64,000 nt of DNA from Elsinoe ampelina (Eukaryota), in NCBI GenBank assembly GCA_010093995.1, contig ML992513.1:307203-371202 (forward strand), given 5' to 3'. Below are positions 39,399-51,200 of the stretch, piece by piece. How positions within the stretch are numbered: the first letter of the stretch is position 1; each line of letters starts with the position of its first letter. The notes beneath the pieces are model-generated. The model searched no databases. It was not told the DNA's origin and worked only from the letters and a program-made list of their open reading frames with translations. The position numbers and the translations under genes are program-made.

Positions 39399-40964
39399 TC
39401 ACGACAGACTCCCCCTCCCCACCCTCCCCAGCTCCGCCTCCTCCACACTCACCCCACTATCGCCCCTCCCATGACCCGGCGCCCACCTCTCCTCCCCCCC
39501 TCGCCCTTCTCCATCCCAACCCCATACCCCTGGCTCCCCTCCCTCCTCTCCTTCTCCCTTCATCCACCCCTCCACCCGCCTCGCAAACCTCACCACCGGC
39601 TCATCCACCCTCCTACAGAACACATTCGCCACTGCGATCGTCATCGGCCCGACCACCGCCCCAGTCAAACAGACACAGAAATGATACCGCCACCCCTCCC
39701 TCCCCACCACTTGCCAGAGCTTGAAGGCCAGACTGTACCCCACACTCCGCAACACTGGCCCGTGAACCAGATACAGTGCGAAACTGATCCGTCCCAAATA
39801 CCGCGCTAGTCCATTTGAGAAAAACCCCCTGTACACCGGCACCCGCGCGACGAGAATCATGAGCCCCGTCGCGCCGAGGCATTGCCAAAACCGCGACGTC
39901 TCATACGCGCGCAGCCCTGGTATCCAGACCCACGTAAAAGGGCGGTAGAAAGGGGTACAATGCGCCCACACCAACGGAGTGGAGAGGAGGTAGAGCGAGA
40001 GGAAGAGGGAAAAGAGGTGGCGTTTGCGCAAGACCAACGATGGACTCGGGGGGTGGAGCGAGTCGATTTCGCACAGCAATTGGCCGGTCCAGAAGAGGGC
40101 CATTTCCCAGGTATCGCCCCAGGTGAGGGCGAGGAGGATGGAGATGGTCAAGAGGGAGAGGCGCGCGCGGGTGACGAGGGGGGCGAGGGCGAGGTGGGTT
40201 AGGAAGAGGAGGAGCGAGCACCGGAGTTCTACGGGGATGGTCCACAGGTGGATGTCGTACCGCGTCATTGTCCAGTGGAAGTGGGTGAAGAAGTCGAGGA
40301 GGTCGTAGAGGGAGTAGAACCAGTCGATTAGCTGGAGGTTGAGGGAGGGGAGGACGTGCGGGGTGGCCTCGAAGGCCCAGCCGTGGAAGTAAGAGTGGAA
40401 AGTGCGGGATGAGGAGGCGAAGGTGGAGGCGTGGGTGTAGATGCCGATGGTGACGGCGAAGACGACGAGGAGGGTGGAGGCGAGGATGGGGAGGATGAGG
40501 CGGATGGGGCGACGGAAGACGGAGGAGGAGAGGGTGGTGAGGAGATGGGGGTGGGAGGTGGGTCCGGCGCGGATGAGGGAAGTGGGTTTGAGGGAGAGGG
40601 AGTAGCCTGATACGAGGAAGAAGATGACGACCATGGGGTCGCCGTCGGCGAGGAGGCGGACGATGGGGAGTTGAATGGGGTATGTATGTCGATATGGCTC
40701 TAGTGCGGTGACGTTGGTACCGTTCCAGACGGGTTGACCTCCTGGGTAGTTTGTGCCATTTGGAATGATGGAGTGTAATGGTATGACAGTCCCGTAGGCG
40801 TAGCGGAGGTTGTTCCAGTAGACGATGCCAAAGTGGCAGAAGAAGACCAGCAATGCAGCGTAGCCACGGAGTCCATCTAGCCAGGCAGTCTGGGCTCTTG
40901 GTGGGTTTCGAGACTGACTCGACGAGGCGGATAATTTCAGCTCGTCCAGTACAGTTCCTAGCAT
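39399..40964 (-). CDS. Acyltransferase-3 family membrane O-acyltransferase
   Basis: TAWLDGLRGYAALLV, IFFLVSGYSLS, SSVFRRPIRL, LWTIPVELRCS and YLGRISFALYLVHGPV; multiple TM segments. Confidence 0.92.
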   Translation of the reverse strand: MLGTVLDELKLSASSSQSRNPPRAQTAWLDGLRGYAALLVFFCHFGIVYWNNLRYAYGTVIPLHSIIPNGTNYPGGQPVWNGTNVTALEPYRHTYPIQLPIVRLLADGDPMVVIFFLVSGYSLSLKPTSLIRAGPTSHPHLLTTLSSSVFRRPIRLILPILASTLLVVFAVTIGIYTHASTFASSSRTFHSYFHGWAFEATPHVLPSLNLQLIDWFYSLYDLLDFFTHFHWTMTRYDIHLWTIPVELRCSLLLFLTHLALAPLVTRARLSLLTISILLALTWGDTWEMALFWTGQLLCEIDSLHPPSPSLVLRKRHLFSLFLSLYLLSTPLVWAHCTPFYRPFTWVWIPGLRAYETSRFWQCLGATGLMILVARVPVYRGFFSNGLARYLGRISFALYLVHGPVLRSVGYSLAFKLWQVVGREGWRYHFCVCLTGAVVGPMTIAVANVFCRRVDEPVVRFARRVEGWMKGEGEEGGEPGVWGWDGEGRGGEERWAPGHGRGDSGVSVEEAELGRVGRGSLS

Positions 40965-41878
40965 GTCGTCCGCTGTGGCCTTTTCAGGCAGTATCGAAGG
41001 GGTCGAAGCCAGATTGTGGAGCTACTGCGATGGTTCCTGGTCATAAAATTACGTGGTCTGCTGCGATCGGCGCGTGTGCTCGGTGACGATGATTTCTATG
41101 GGAGACGGTGGGATCATGTGCTGAGTCTGCCAAGTTGGGGCAAGCCGTACAATGAAGCATGGACGTGATGCATATTAGGGTCGAGGTAGGAAGAGGGACT
41201 CACAATGTAACGAGGTCATTGTGGCGGACGAGTCTTGGATGATGACCTGTGTACTTTTACTCGGGGCTGCTTTGTACTTGTCAAGTCTTTGTAGTTTTCT
41301 TGTGACGTGAGAAGTGGGTTCTGCAGACGTTGCAGTGTAACTCAACGAGCAAGAAGGGTCGGTCCCGAGGCGATATCAGAGATATGATGCCAGGCCTGGA
41401 ATTGGATGAAACACGTCGAAAGTTTAACGATGAGGCTCCTGTTCTGCATGCCCTGATCTTGGCCTCGGCGGATAGAGCTGGATCACCACTGGCCCTAATG
41501 TAATGAATGCAGAAAGGTTGGGTACAATTTCACTCCAGTCGTGGGTACAACTCTGCACCGTACGATGGCCCTGCAGACGAGCTGAATGCGAGCATGTCCT
41601 GAGATAGGTCACGGCCATTTTCGGCCTCATGGTGCGCGAGGTTGGCCCTGTTGGCGACCAGATGTGGTTGAGACGTTGCTAAAAGCGGACCTCAAGTCTC
41701 GGCAAACTGCCTCAGGATGTGACAAACTCCCGGCGGTGAACAATCCGGAGGGGGGCCCTTTCGGCTGCCAAATTTAACCAGAGCGGGGTTGAAAAGTGGG
41801 AACGAAACTGGCCCTGTCTTGGGCTTTAGGCTTCATTTCGTTTCTCGTCATCATGTCTCTAATATGTACACATGTGCA

Positions 41879-43465
41879 TTACCAAGCAGTAATGTCTTCT
41901 ACTTCAGCCTCTCCAAAGGTGCTCGTCTTGGTCTTTCCAAGCTCATCGCCGTCCACGTCCGCCTTTACTTCCGCTGGCGGTCGTGCCATAATGTCGGGTA
42001 AGACTCTATTTTCAAAGTCCAGGATGAATTTATTCACCTGCTCAAACTCCAACAAGAATGCGTCATGACCTTCAGGACTGTCAATCACTTTCAGCTCAGC
42101 ACCGGGTATATGCGCCGCCAACAATTGCTGTTCGGCAAAGGTGAAGAGGCCATCCGACTGAATGCCTAGTACAAGCGCAGGCTGCTCAATCAGTCCAAGA
42201 GCTGCCTTGACTGGATCCTCGTCTGGACTGTCAGTGCCATCAGACTGCGGTATCCGTCCTCTAGACACGTCATGTGTATCCAGCTTTCTCGTAATGGCAA
42301 TGTAGCAATTGGCGTCGAATCGTTTGATAAACTTTTCGCCCTGGTATCGGAGGTAGGATTGAGCAGAGAAGTAAGTGGGTGTCTTCTTCCGCCGCGAATT
42401 TGGAGGTGTTGAAGCTGCTGTGAGCGGTGTAGTGCCTGAGAACTGAGGATCAAAGTACGTCGGTGGTGTAGGTACAGACTTTAGCGAGTCTATCGAAGAG
42501 GTCATGTCTGCATTTGAAGTCCGCCGCGATGGCCTTGGAGACCCTGCCAGCTTGTGTCCGTCGTTGTGTAGCGCAAAGTGCTCGCTCGATGGTGTCAGCG
42601 GCCGTGAGGAGCCATTGATGTTCTGCCGCCGCGATGGATCAGGTGTGTTCCTCCCAAAACGACTTTCGAATGAGTCACGAGATCGGTATGTGAGGAGCGC
42701 GGACATGCGAGCTGCTCCTAAACCAGTCGATGGAGGATCTGAGAATGTGTAGTAGCCATCCTCATATTTGGGGTCGCTGTATATGCTCTGCCGTTGTGCC
42801 TCTCCCCAACTTATGCCCCAGGCGCTGTACCTGGACGATGTCGCGATGGGCACGATGCTCCGCACGTAGTCCTTGCCAAAGTATGCGAATTCGAGGACCA
42901 GCATACCGCCCATAGATCCACCGATCACAGCAGCAATCTGCCTGACTCCAAGATCGTCCAAGATGAGTCTGAAGATGTTGACGTCGTCTCGGACCGTGGT
43001 GAGTGGGAACTCGGGTCCATAGTGGTCTTGTGTGCTGTCTCCGTCCATGCTCGTGACTGGACTAGCGCTGCCATATGGACTGCCCAAGCTGTTTATGCAA
43101 ACGACGAAAAATCTCGACATGTCGAATGCTTTGCCCGGCCCTCCCAGCATTGGACCCCACCAATCTCCTACATCTGCGCTGCCGGTCAATGCATGACAAA
43201 TGACCATGGCGTTGTCTCGCTCTTGTGATAGCGCGCCATACGTCTTGTATGCGACAGGAATGTTTCGAAGTGTTACTCCGCTTTCAAGGGTGAACTCTGG
43301 TATGATCGCGATCGTCTGGTCGGGAATGAGTTTGGCGTATGGATTCTCTGGCTGGGTCGTCACTCGTTCTGGCAAAGTGTTAGGCTGGTGTTGTCTATGC
43401 GCAGAAGAGTACTCACGGTATTTGTGCGTGCCATTGACCGCAGTACTGTTCGTATAGCTTGTCAT
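41879..43465 (-). CDS. MET2: Homoserine O-acetyltransferase
   Basis: FTLESG, ICHALTGSADV.DWW, IGGSMGGM, AQSYLRYQGEKF..RFDANCY and SPEGHDAFLLE; intronless 528-aa ORF. Confidence 0.96.
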   Translation of the reverse strand: MTSYTNSTAVNGTHKYREYSSAHRQHQPNTLPERVTTQPENPYAKLIPDQTIAIIPEFTLESGVTLRNIPVAYKTYGALSQERDNAMVICHALTGSADVGDWWGPMLGGPGKAFDMSRFFVVCINSLGSPYGSASPVTSMDGDSTQDHYGPEFPLTTVRDDVNIFRLILDDLGVRQIAAVIGGSMGGMLVLEFAYFGKDYVRSIVPIATSSRYSAWGISWGEAQRQSIYSDPKYEDGYYTFSDPPSTGLGAARMSALLTYRSRDSFESRFGRNTPDPSRRQNINGSSRPLTPSSEHFALHNDGHKLAGSPRPSRRTSNADMTSSIDSLKSVPTPPTYFDPQFSGTTPLTAASTPPNSRRKKTPTYFSAQSYLRYQGEKFIKRFDANCYIAITRKLDTHDVSRGRIPQSDGTDSPDEDPVKAALGLIEQPALVLGIQSDGLFTFAEQQLLAAHIPGAELKVIDSPEGHDAFLLEFEQVNKFILDFENRVLPDIMARPPAEVKADVDGDELGKTKTSTFGEAEVEDITAW

Positions 43466-44010
43466 GGCTGTTGTGCTATGTTCACAAACGAGATGGAGTT
43501 GATCTTGACATGTCCCGCATTTGATCGTGACTCGAAGCCAAATTTTTGCCGAAAGTCAATGATGTGATGATTGCCCGTTTGTTCAGGGTCTGTCGGCAAA
43601 AGCTCCCGTTGACAAGCCCCATTTCCTCGCCTCGCTTTCAACCACAGAAACGAGGAATGAGCACCAATCTTAGGTCGTACCATATAGCGATCAAGGCACA
43701 GGTCTTCTTCTGATCTCTCTGGCTCTGCATGGTCGGTCATGTCCCTTCCGTCACCGATGCATGTTGCACAAAACAGGTCCCTCGTCGGGCCGGCATACAG
43801 CATTCCCGACGTCAGCTAGTGTATGTATCTCCACCTTTGTCAAGTACTAGTGCACGACAGGAGGAGAGTGCAGGCCAGCTCGATCCCTGATCAATAGCTG
43901 CCTGTCAGCACACAAAACTTCTTTGATTGCTACACGATCACCGCTCCTGAGAAGGAATCATCCTCGTCCTCCACGAAGCAGCACATCCATCCAAACACCC
44001 ATCAATCATC

Positions 44011-44811
44011 ATGGTCCTCGACTGCTGCCCCACGGGCTTCAAATGGGATGGTCAGCCCGAAGGCAAAGAGGCAAAGTACGCCAACCACGACGTCTATGTC
44101 ACCGGTGACAATCCTGATCGAGCTATCCTCTACATTCATGATGGACTGGGATGGAAGTTCCAGAACGCTAGATTGCTGGCCGACCACTATGCAAAAGAGG
44201 TCGGCGCAACCGTCTACTTGCCCGACTTGTACGTATACCAGAGTACAAAACCGGAGATGCACTAAGACCCTCCCAGCTTTCCCGGGGTCGACATCCCGAT
44301 TGATGAGATGATCAACGCATTCGAGAACCCAGCAAAGGCAACGCTTGATGTTCGGGCCTTGCTGAAAGACCAGTCCAAGGAAAATCGCAGTCCAGACATT
44401 CACAATGTTGCCAAAGCACTCCGATCTCAGTACAAGCGTGTCGGTGCCGTCGGCTTCTGCTGGGGCGGATGGGCCGTCTTTCATCTGGCAGACAAGACGA
44501 ACAATGGTCTAGTGGATGCCATCTCGACCGCTCACCCGTCCTTGCTGACTCAAGACGAAATGGCCAAAGCTGGTGTCCCGGTCCAAATCCATGCACCAGA
44601 GATCGACCTCATGTTCAAGCCCGAGGACAAGGCATTTGCCAATGAGAAGTTGCCTTCCCTCGGCATTGCATATGACTACCAGTACTATCCTGGTCTGTCA
44701 CACGGCTTCGGCACCAGGGGTAATCCTGCGGACGAACCAGCCAGGAAAGGCATGGTACGGGCAAAGAATGCGACAGTGGCATGGTACCAGCAGTGGCTCG
44801 CCGTCGAATGA
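44011..44811 (+). CDS. Dienelactone hydrolase family protein
   Basis: CCPTGFKWDGQPEG, NARLLADHYA, intron ~44229-44277, nucleophile elbow GAVGFCWGG, AHPS and YPGLSHGF. Confidence 0.93.
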
Positions 44812-44904
44812 GTTACTTACATGACCATCGTGTTATGTGAACGTCCCTATTATACATTGCTTGACAAAGCCAACGCTATCCACCCATGCATTATCCTTCT
44901 CTTA

Positions 44905-46176
44905 TCAAAATTCGTCCCGGAAGAAGCTACCCTTGCTCATACTACTCTTCTGATCTTCCTCACTCCTCGCTCCGACCGATTGCTTCTTGACGAATTGCAA
45001 TTCGATCGGCGCCCTACTGACCGTGACCTCTGTCTTCATCTTCATCGCTCCATCCTCCAGGTCCACCAGCTCCTCTGTACTCGAGCTTCTCTCATCGAAG
45101 CCCTCACTCAACCCCTTCCTTCCCCGTCCTCTGCTCCCACTTCTCCTCACCGCACCACCCTGAATCGTCGTCGTAGTCCCATACTCCTCCGGCTTCCAGT
45201 AGAAAGTATCCAAAGCCCTCATATCCTCCTTCAACGGCTCCGAACCAAAGATCAACGCCCTCCTCGTCAAACTATACAACAACACATCCAACCACCCGTT
45301 ACTCGTAATCATGGCCGCCGCCACGCAAAGTTGGACATAACTCGGCACATTATCCGCCATACTACTAATCCTCATGGCGGCCAACGGACACGTACAAACC
45401 ACATAGATAATCGGATAAGGAATAATCGCCCTGGCCGCCGCCTTGGCCCTACCCGCCGACCCGGGGGCCGAGTAATAATTACTCCTCAACCGTTGCTGCA
45501 AAATCCAGAACAGCGCCGAGTACAGCAACACGGTGCCGAACTCGGCCACCAAGATCCAGAAGTAATGCAACCACAACCTCTCGTGCTGGTACGAGCCATT
45601 GACCCAACACCAGGCGCCGGCCCGGACGTAGATATCGGCGGGGTGCAACGCGATGCCGATCACCGCGCACGCGTACACGAAGACGTGGCACGACGCTATG
45701 CACCCCAAGAACAAGCCGTACCCGGGCTGGTACGCGAGCACAATGTCCGCGAAGGTGTGCACCGCGATGGCGATGGTGAAGACCCCGCTCGCTAGATCCC
45801 CGACCGACACGAAGAACCCCTGCGCCCAACACATGGACGTGTCGACTTGGATCCCATCGTGGCGCAACCACTGGACGTTGGACCAGAAAGCGATGCTCTG
45901 TTGGATGTCCGCCAGGAGCAAGTTGAGAATGAGGACGAGGAACTGGTTCCGGTGGAGTTTGTGGCGGCGGTCGAGGATGAGGCGGTAGGTGAGGCGGAGG
46001 AAGAGGGCGATGGAGAGGAAGAAGGAGAGGAAGGCGAAGATGGAGACGGCGGTGAGGCCGCGGAAGAGGGAGGGTGGGAGCGGGGAGAGGGAGCCTTTGC
46101 CCAGGACGGAGAGGGATTCGGGGTCGGAGGGGCCACGGGGGAAGAGGGTGGTGGTGCTGAGGGAGATGGGGAGCAT
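44905..46176 (-). CDS. Seven-TM G protein-coupled receptor (Git3/cAMP-receptor-like)
   Basis: LILNLLLADIQQS, CWAQGFF, AIAVHTF, AGAWCWV, YPIIYVVCTCPLA and SNGWLDVLLYSLTR; seven hydrophobic segments. Confidence 0.88.
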   Translation of the reverse strand: MLPISLSTTTLFPRGPSDPESLSVLGKGSLSPLPPSLFRGLTAVSIFAFLSFFLSIALFLRLTYRLILDRRHKLHRNQFLVLILNLLLADIQQSIAFWSNVQWLRHDGIQVDTSMCWAQGFFVSVGDLASGVFTIAIAVHTFADIVLAYQPGYGLFLGCIASCHVFVYACAVIGIALHPADIYVRAGAWCWVNGSYQHERLWLHYFWILVAEFGTVLLYSALFWILQQRLRSNYYSAPGSAGRAKAAARAIIPYPIIYVVCTCPLAAMRISSMADNVPSYVQLCVAAAMITSNGWLDVLLYSLTRRALIFGSEPLKEDMRALDTFYWKPEEYGTTTTIQGGAVRRSGSRGRGRKGLSEGFDERSSSTEELVDLEDGAMKMKTEVTVSRAPIELQFVKKQSVGARSEEDQKSSMSKGSFFRDEF

Positions 46177-49100
46177 GGTTTTTCGTTCGGGGGACCAGGG
46201 ATCCTCGTTGGAGCCGATGGTGTGAGCAGTGCTGGGGAGCTTGCTGGGGGAGGGATCGTGGGGGTGCGAGATCCCGTGGCGAGGTTGAAGAGGCAGAAGG
46301 TGAAAGTCCCAGTGCTGAAGGTGAGGATATGTATAGACCGAGGTCTGGAGGGGGGGATATCCGGGAGATAAGAAGATGATTAAGCGTCCAAAGTGGATAG
46401 GGACAGTTCGGGAGTAGACTAAAGAAGAGAAAAGGGCCTAAGGACAGGGGTAAATGGCTTGCCCAGGTCCATGGACTGTGATACTAGACGATCCACTGTC
46501 CGGTGAAGAGACGGTCGAAGTTGGGACGGGCGTCAGCGAACGAGGATACTTACAGCGGAATGTACTTGACTAGTATCAGGACTGGAGCCAAGATGTACCA
46601 CCAAAATGTCACTTTTGGTACGACTCGTTCCGACCAGTCGTGGCCGTGAGGGATGCCGTGAGCCGTGGGGCACGGTCTGCCCTCGAGGCGTTTAGGTTTG
46701 ATGTTGGACCATAGCGGTCGAAAGAGACAAGAGGAGGTTGATGGGAAAGTGACCAATAGAGGACCCTGATTCGACGCCAACAAAGGAGCGTAACCATCCG
46801 GGAAAAGTGAGCGGCCGTGTAGACCGAGCCGGCGCTTGCCACGTGAAGGTGGTTGCGTCTGACTCGCATGGTCATGATCGTGGCTGGCGGTGCCTGCGTC
46901 AAGATGCCGAGTCTGTGCTGAAGTCGCGTGGCACGGTCGGAGTATTTGCTGTGAGCTTAGTGGAGACAAGCGTCTAGCTGAGAAGCTACCTGCATGCGAG
47001 GCTGTGGTGGATACTGTACTCTGTCGCGTAATCAGCTGAACACATGCTGTGCTGTGGATGAAGGATGATGCGCTGGAGAGATCCTCGGATGACCGTCGGG
47101 AAAGTTTGGTGATCATTTTGCTGGAGTTTGGGACCCAAACTCTCGGTCATCAATCGCCACTACAGTACCAACAGATTTGGACATCAGACATCGGAGAGGG
47201 TATCCGACAGGGCGATGAATGGAACTCGAGGACAAGCTCGGCTCCAAAAAAGTGGTCCGTCAGATTGGCGCGGACAAAACAATCGGTCCGTGTCGTGAGT
47301 CCAGCTCAGCTACGGCACGGTCAAAGGCAAAGCAGGGATTGATGATTTGACCATGCCAGGACAGGCTACAATGGCACGTTGCTGGGCTCGATATACTTGC
47401 AGCTTGCAGGACAAGTGCGACGTGGGTAGCAACGTGCCAATGCTAGCCCCAAGTAGCCCAGAGGATCGGTCGCCAGGTGTAGATTGTATACTTTGTCGTA
47501 GCGTTCTAAGAATGGCGTGCCTGATATCCGCTCGTCCCGTCACTCGCTCATTCTTTCGACGTGTTACGTACGGACATGGATTCCGTCTGGAGTGCTATCC
47601 GTTTCCGGAGGATCCGTTATGGCAAGCACCTTCTGCATCTGAACGTAGAGTGCATAGACAGAAACACCCAGTGCAAAAAGGTGGTGGAAGCGAGCGGAAG
47701 AGGCGCCACCACCAGGTTGATCGGAAATTTGGACCGAGGAGAGGGATGCAGGAACGAATCAGTGAGACAAGAACGCCATCAACCATTCAACCGAGATATA
47801 ACCCCTCGCAAGGAGTCAAGGACTCTGTGGTGACCGGCGAGACATCGGATGGCGCATTGCTTGATACTGTAGTGAAAATTCCGCCCTCACGGTGTGTCCG
47901 GACGCCACAAGTCCAAAGACTGAAGCTGAAGGGACCAGAGACAAAGATAGACGTGCATCTGCCTGTTCGATCCACTGGTCGATTTTGTTGGAAACCGGTT
48001 GACGATTGGCAGGGCGGGTTGCCTTGAGCTGGTTCTGCCTGATCGCCCTGGCAGATGAACAATCATTCCAAAGTACTGGTACCCTTGTACATCATGTATC
48101 ACGAGCGACATGTATGACACTACTGCTTCGTTTGAACAAGCATCGTCATCTGCTTCGAGTAAACTCAAGCTTCTCTTTGACAGCGACGATCTCGTCTCCT
48201 CGCAAGGATTCCCCGGCCGCCACAGTATTCGTCACTGCCATGTCCTTTCTCAGCCTTGCCGGGTGAACAACTCGAACAAGCGAAGTGGCGTTATTCCAGA
48301 CGCAAAAGGGTGCGACGCGAGCTCAATCCGGCATATGATGCGCATGGCAGACAGGCACACTCGACAATTTCCATCGACATTCCCGTTGACGCTCATGTGC
48401 AGTAGTCAGACGCCTCCAACATGCCAAGTGTGAAGATCAACACCGCTGCCTCTTCGATATCACGTCACGCTTTCGTCTTCGATGTCGATGCTGATCTGCA
48501 TGGCATCGGGCATTCTTGTCGTCAAACGCTCGCTTCATGCCGTGGAAGAGCTGCGTTGATCGACTCTGTGGCCGGCGCTTGTTCTACGTCCGCTGGCGAA
48601 CATGAATGATTGCGCAGCCATCGAATCACCCCCTTCACACATACCACAAGCAAGTTGAGACATCTCTAGAGCGCTTTACAGTGTGTCCCTACAACAGTCT
48701 CGACCGGTCTGCTCCAGACATGGCTGACAGGCCTTAATGGATTTAAGGTTCTGCTGTATATTCACTGCTAACCTCACATACGTTTCCCACGCAACAGTCG
48801 TCATTCCTGCGTTCTTTCAGCCCCATCAAATCACTATCGATATAGGTCATCTTTACGACTGCTCCGCGGGTATAATCACTCCATCCAAAGGCATCCTTTT
48901 ACAAGACCGTATGCCGTGCCTCGTAAGGAAGCGTTCACCCGACCGCCGTTATGAACCCTCATTCGGACAAGCATATATTTACCAACGGTAATAAAAAGGT
49001 TAGCCGTTGACCCAATGGAGCCTCACAACCAAGCCAGTAACCAGACCGTTGAACATATCTGGGGCCATGCTATGCTTACTGCTCCTCGGGAGCCCCGACA

Positions 49101-49358
49101 GTTCGTCGCTCAAGGCACACGCCACTGCGTTTCGATATTGGCAACATCTTCGCCTACCAGATGAACCAATCCGAACGATTAGCAAGCACGGCTAGTATCT
49201 CCACAAACTAGCTGGAGACGCTTCCATCTCACTGCTATTGAATAAACGGTCAAACGCTGCACGACCGACCAGACACTCGGGTTTGGCGAAAAGTCCTAGA
49301 AACATGGCCATGTCCCGCGCATGGCATTCTTCTCATTGTGGTCGCAGAACATTGACGA

Positions 49359-50784
49359 ATGCCGCTGACAACGATGTTGCCGCTCAGTCTGGGGACACTG
49401 GAGGCAGAGCAGACATTACTCTTCTCCGTCACAATTGCTCTTCTGGCCGTGGCAACAGTGTCCATCACCCTGAGGACTTTTGTGCGACTATGCATTCTGA
49501 AAACCTTTGGATGGGACGACTGGATGATCGCGGCTGCTCATTGCTTCTACGCCGCTACATGCTCGCTCACTCTGGCACTCATCGAGACTCAAAGGTCGAT
49601 TGAAGTTTCCAAGGATGACCCAACATATGCGAGGATCCAGCGGGTACGACAGGTCCCTCTCACTCGTCGTGCATGTCTGGCCAATACTGACTTGCTACTA
49701 GTTGATCAGATTCCACAATGTATTCTATTGCATCACTATCCTGGTTGCAAAGGCATCTCTGGGCCTCTTCTTTCTGAGCCTCTTCGCAGGAACTACGAAG
49801 AAGCTTCAGCGTCACATTGTGCTGGCTTCGATCATCATACCAACGGTTGTGGGAGTGATTTATCTGGGCATGACCCTTTTCTCGTGTACAGCCTCGGTGT
49901 CTCTGCTCTTTGTCGACAGCTGCGATGTACAGGGCACTTACACCGACATCAGCATTATCTGGACGGCACTCAACTCAGCATCTGATATCCTTCTATCTGT
50001 CCTCGCCGTACTAGCTCTGATGAGGTCAAAGCTACCTCCTTTTGCAAAGTTCTCGGCCTCAGCGCTGCTTGTTCTAGGCACGACCGGTGGACTCGCCAGT
50101 ATCATGCGACTCGTCTCCCAGATCACGACACAAACAGACAAGCTGCAGGGCGTGGTCCTCGCACGATGGAGCAACACCGAAGCCGGTCTATGCATCACCG
50201 CAGCATCACTCGTCACTCTCCGCCCTCTCTTCCAACGAGTCGTTAGCCGCCCCTTGTCCCGACTAAGCGGCTGGAATTGGTCCTCCAAAGGCGCCGGGAT
50301 CAGCACAACCAGCATCAGTAGCGCTTCAGCAAGTCGATCTAACAGCTTCTTCTCTGGCAAGAAGAGTGTCAGCAAGAAAAGCCGAAGCAAGAGTGTTTCA
50401 GGCACAATGACCAACCGCAGCGTCAAGAGCGTTCGCAGTCAGCGTAGCGCGAGGAGACTGAGTGGCGATCCATTCATCGAGTACGTCGACGCCAACAAGA
50501 GTCACTCAGTCGCTCAGGTGGACATTGAGTCCGAGGCCATCAGAATGCCCAGCACAATAGCTGATCCTGGCGGACTACTGGCGGGAGACAAGGCAAAGTT
50601 CGGCGACGAGGGATGGGGCAGATTCGGAGAGGTCGTGGTCACTCTCGAGGTGGATGTCAGTGCAGAGGAGAAGAAGAGAACAAAGTCGGTATGCTTTGGC
50701 CCGGATGTCGAAAGGGGAACAAACACTGGGGGACTGCTGATGCCGCAACGACCTGCTTTTACGCGTACAAAGAGTGCGCGATAA
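49359..50784 (+). CDS. PTH11-like (rhodopsin-domain) integral membrane protein without CFEM
   Basis: LRTFVR...FGWDDW, intron ~49643-49701, KASLGLF, SDILL, ASIMRL and WSNTEAGLCITAASLVTLRPLF; Ser/Lys-rich tail. Confidence 0.88.
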
Positions 50785-51200
50785 TGACACCGTGATAAAT
50801 GGCTTGTATCAGCCTCTAATGTGTATACTCCTTCCAAGCATCACTCACATGACCATGCCAGTAAATAAAGGCGAGCGTGTACCCCAAAACATTGACGACG
50901 ATCACTGGAGCTTTCCCCGCACTTTGAGGGGGAAGATGCCGCCCAACTTAGTTCGCATCTGAGAGGTTCCCTTATACCACATCCTCACGTTATTCCCGCC
51001 CATGCTATCGAGCGGAGATCGTGTGCTTGGACGTACCCCGCTGCCGGTAAGGACGTCGTCATTCAGGTTTGTACCGAAAGTGCTTACTCAACGTGTTTCG
51101 ACGTGTGCTTGTACTCCTTTCTGATTAACTGCTCATACTCTCTGCTCGCTACAGTCCTTTCGTCCCTTTGCTCTCCCGATACTGACTGACCACGCTCAAC

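Noticed and set aside
44821..45795. Long overlapping or antisense ORFs (also 6059-6790, 22413-23441, 24312-25100, 51997-52641, 60437-61126)
   Set aside because: Shadows of real genes, kept stop-free by GC-rich skewed codon usage; low-complexity translations with no motifs.
46550..48609. ORFs 46550-47116, 47347-48027 and stop-interrupted minus frames near 47900-48600
   Set aside because: No family motifs, codon bias or coherent splice structure.
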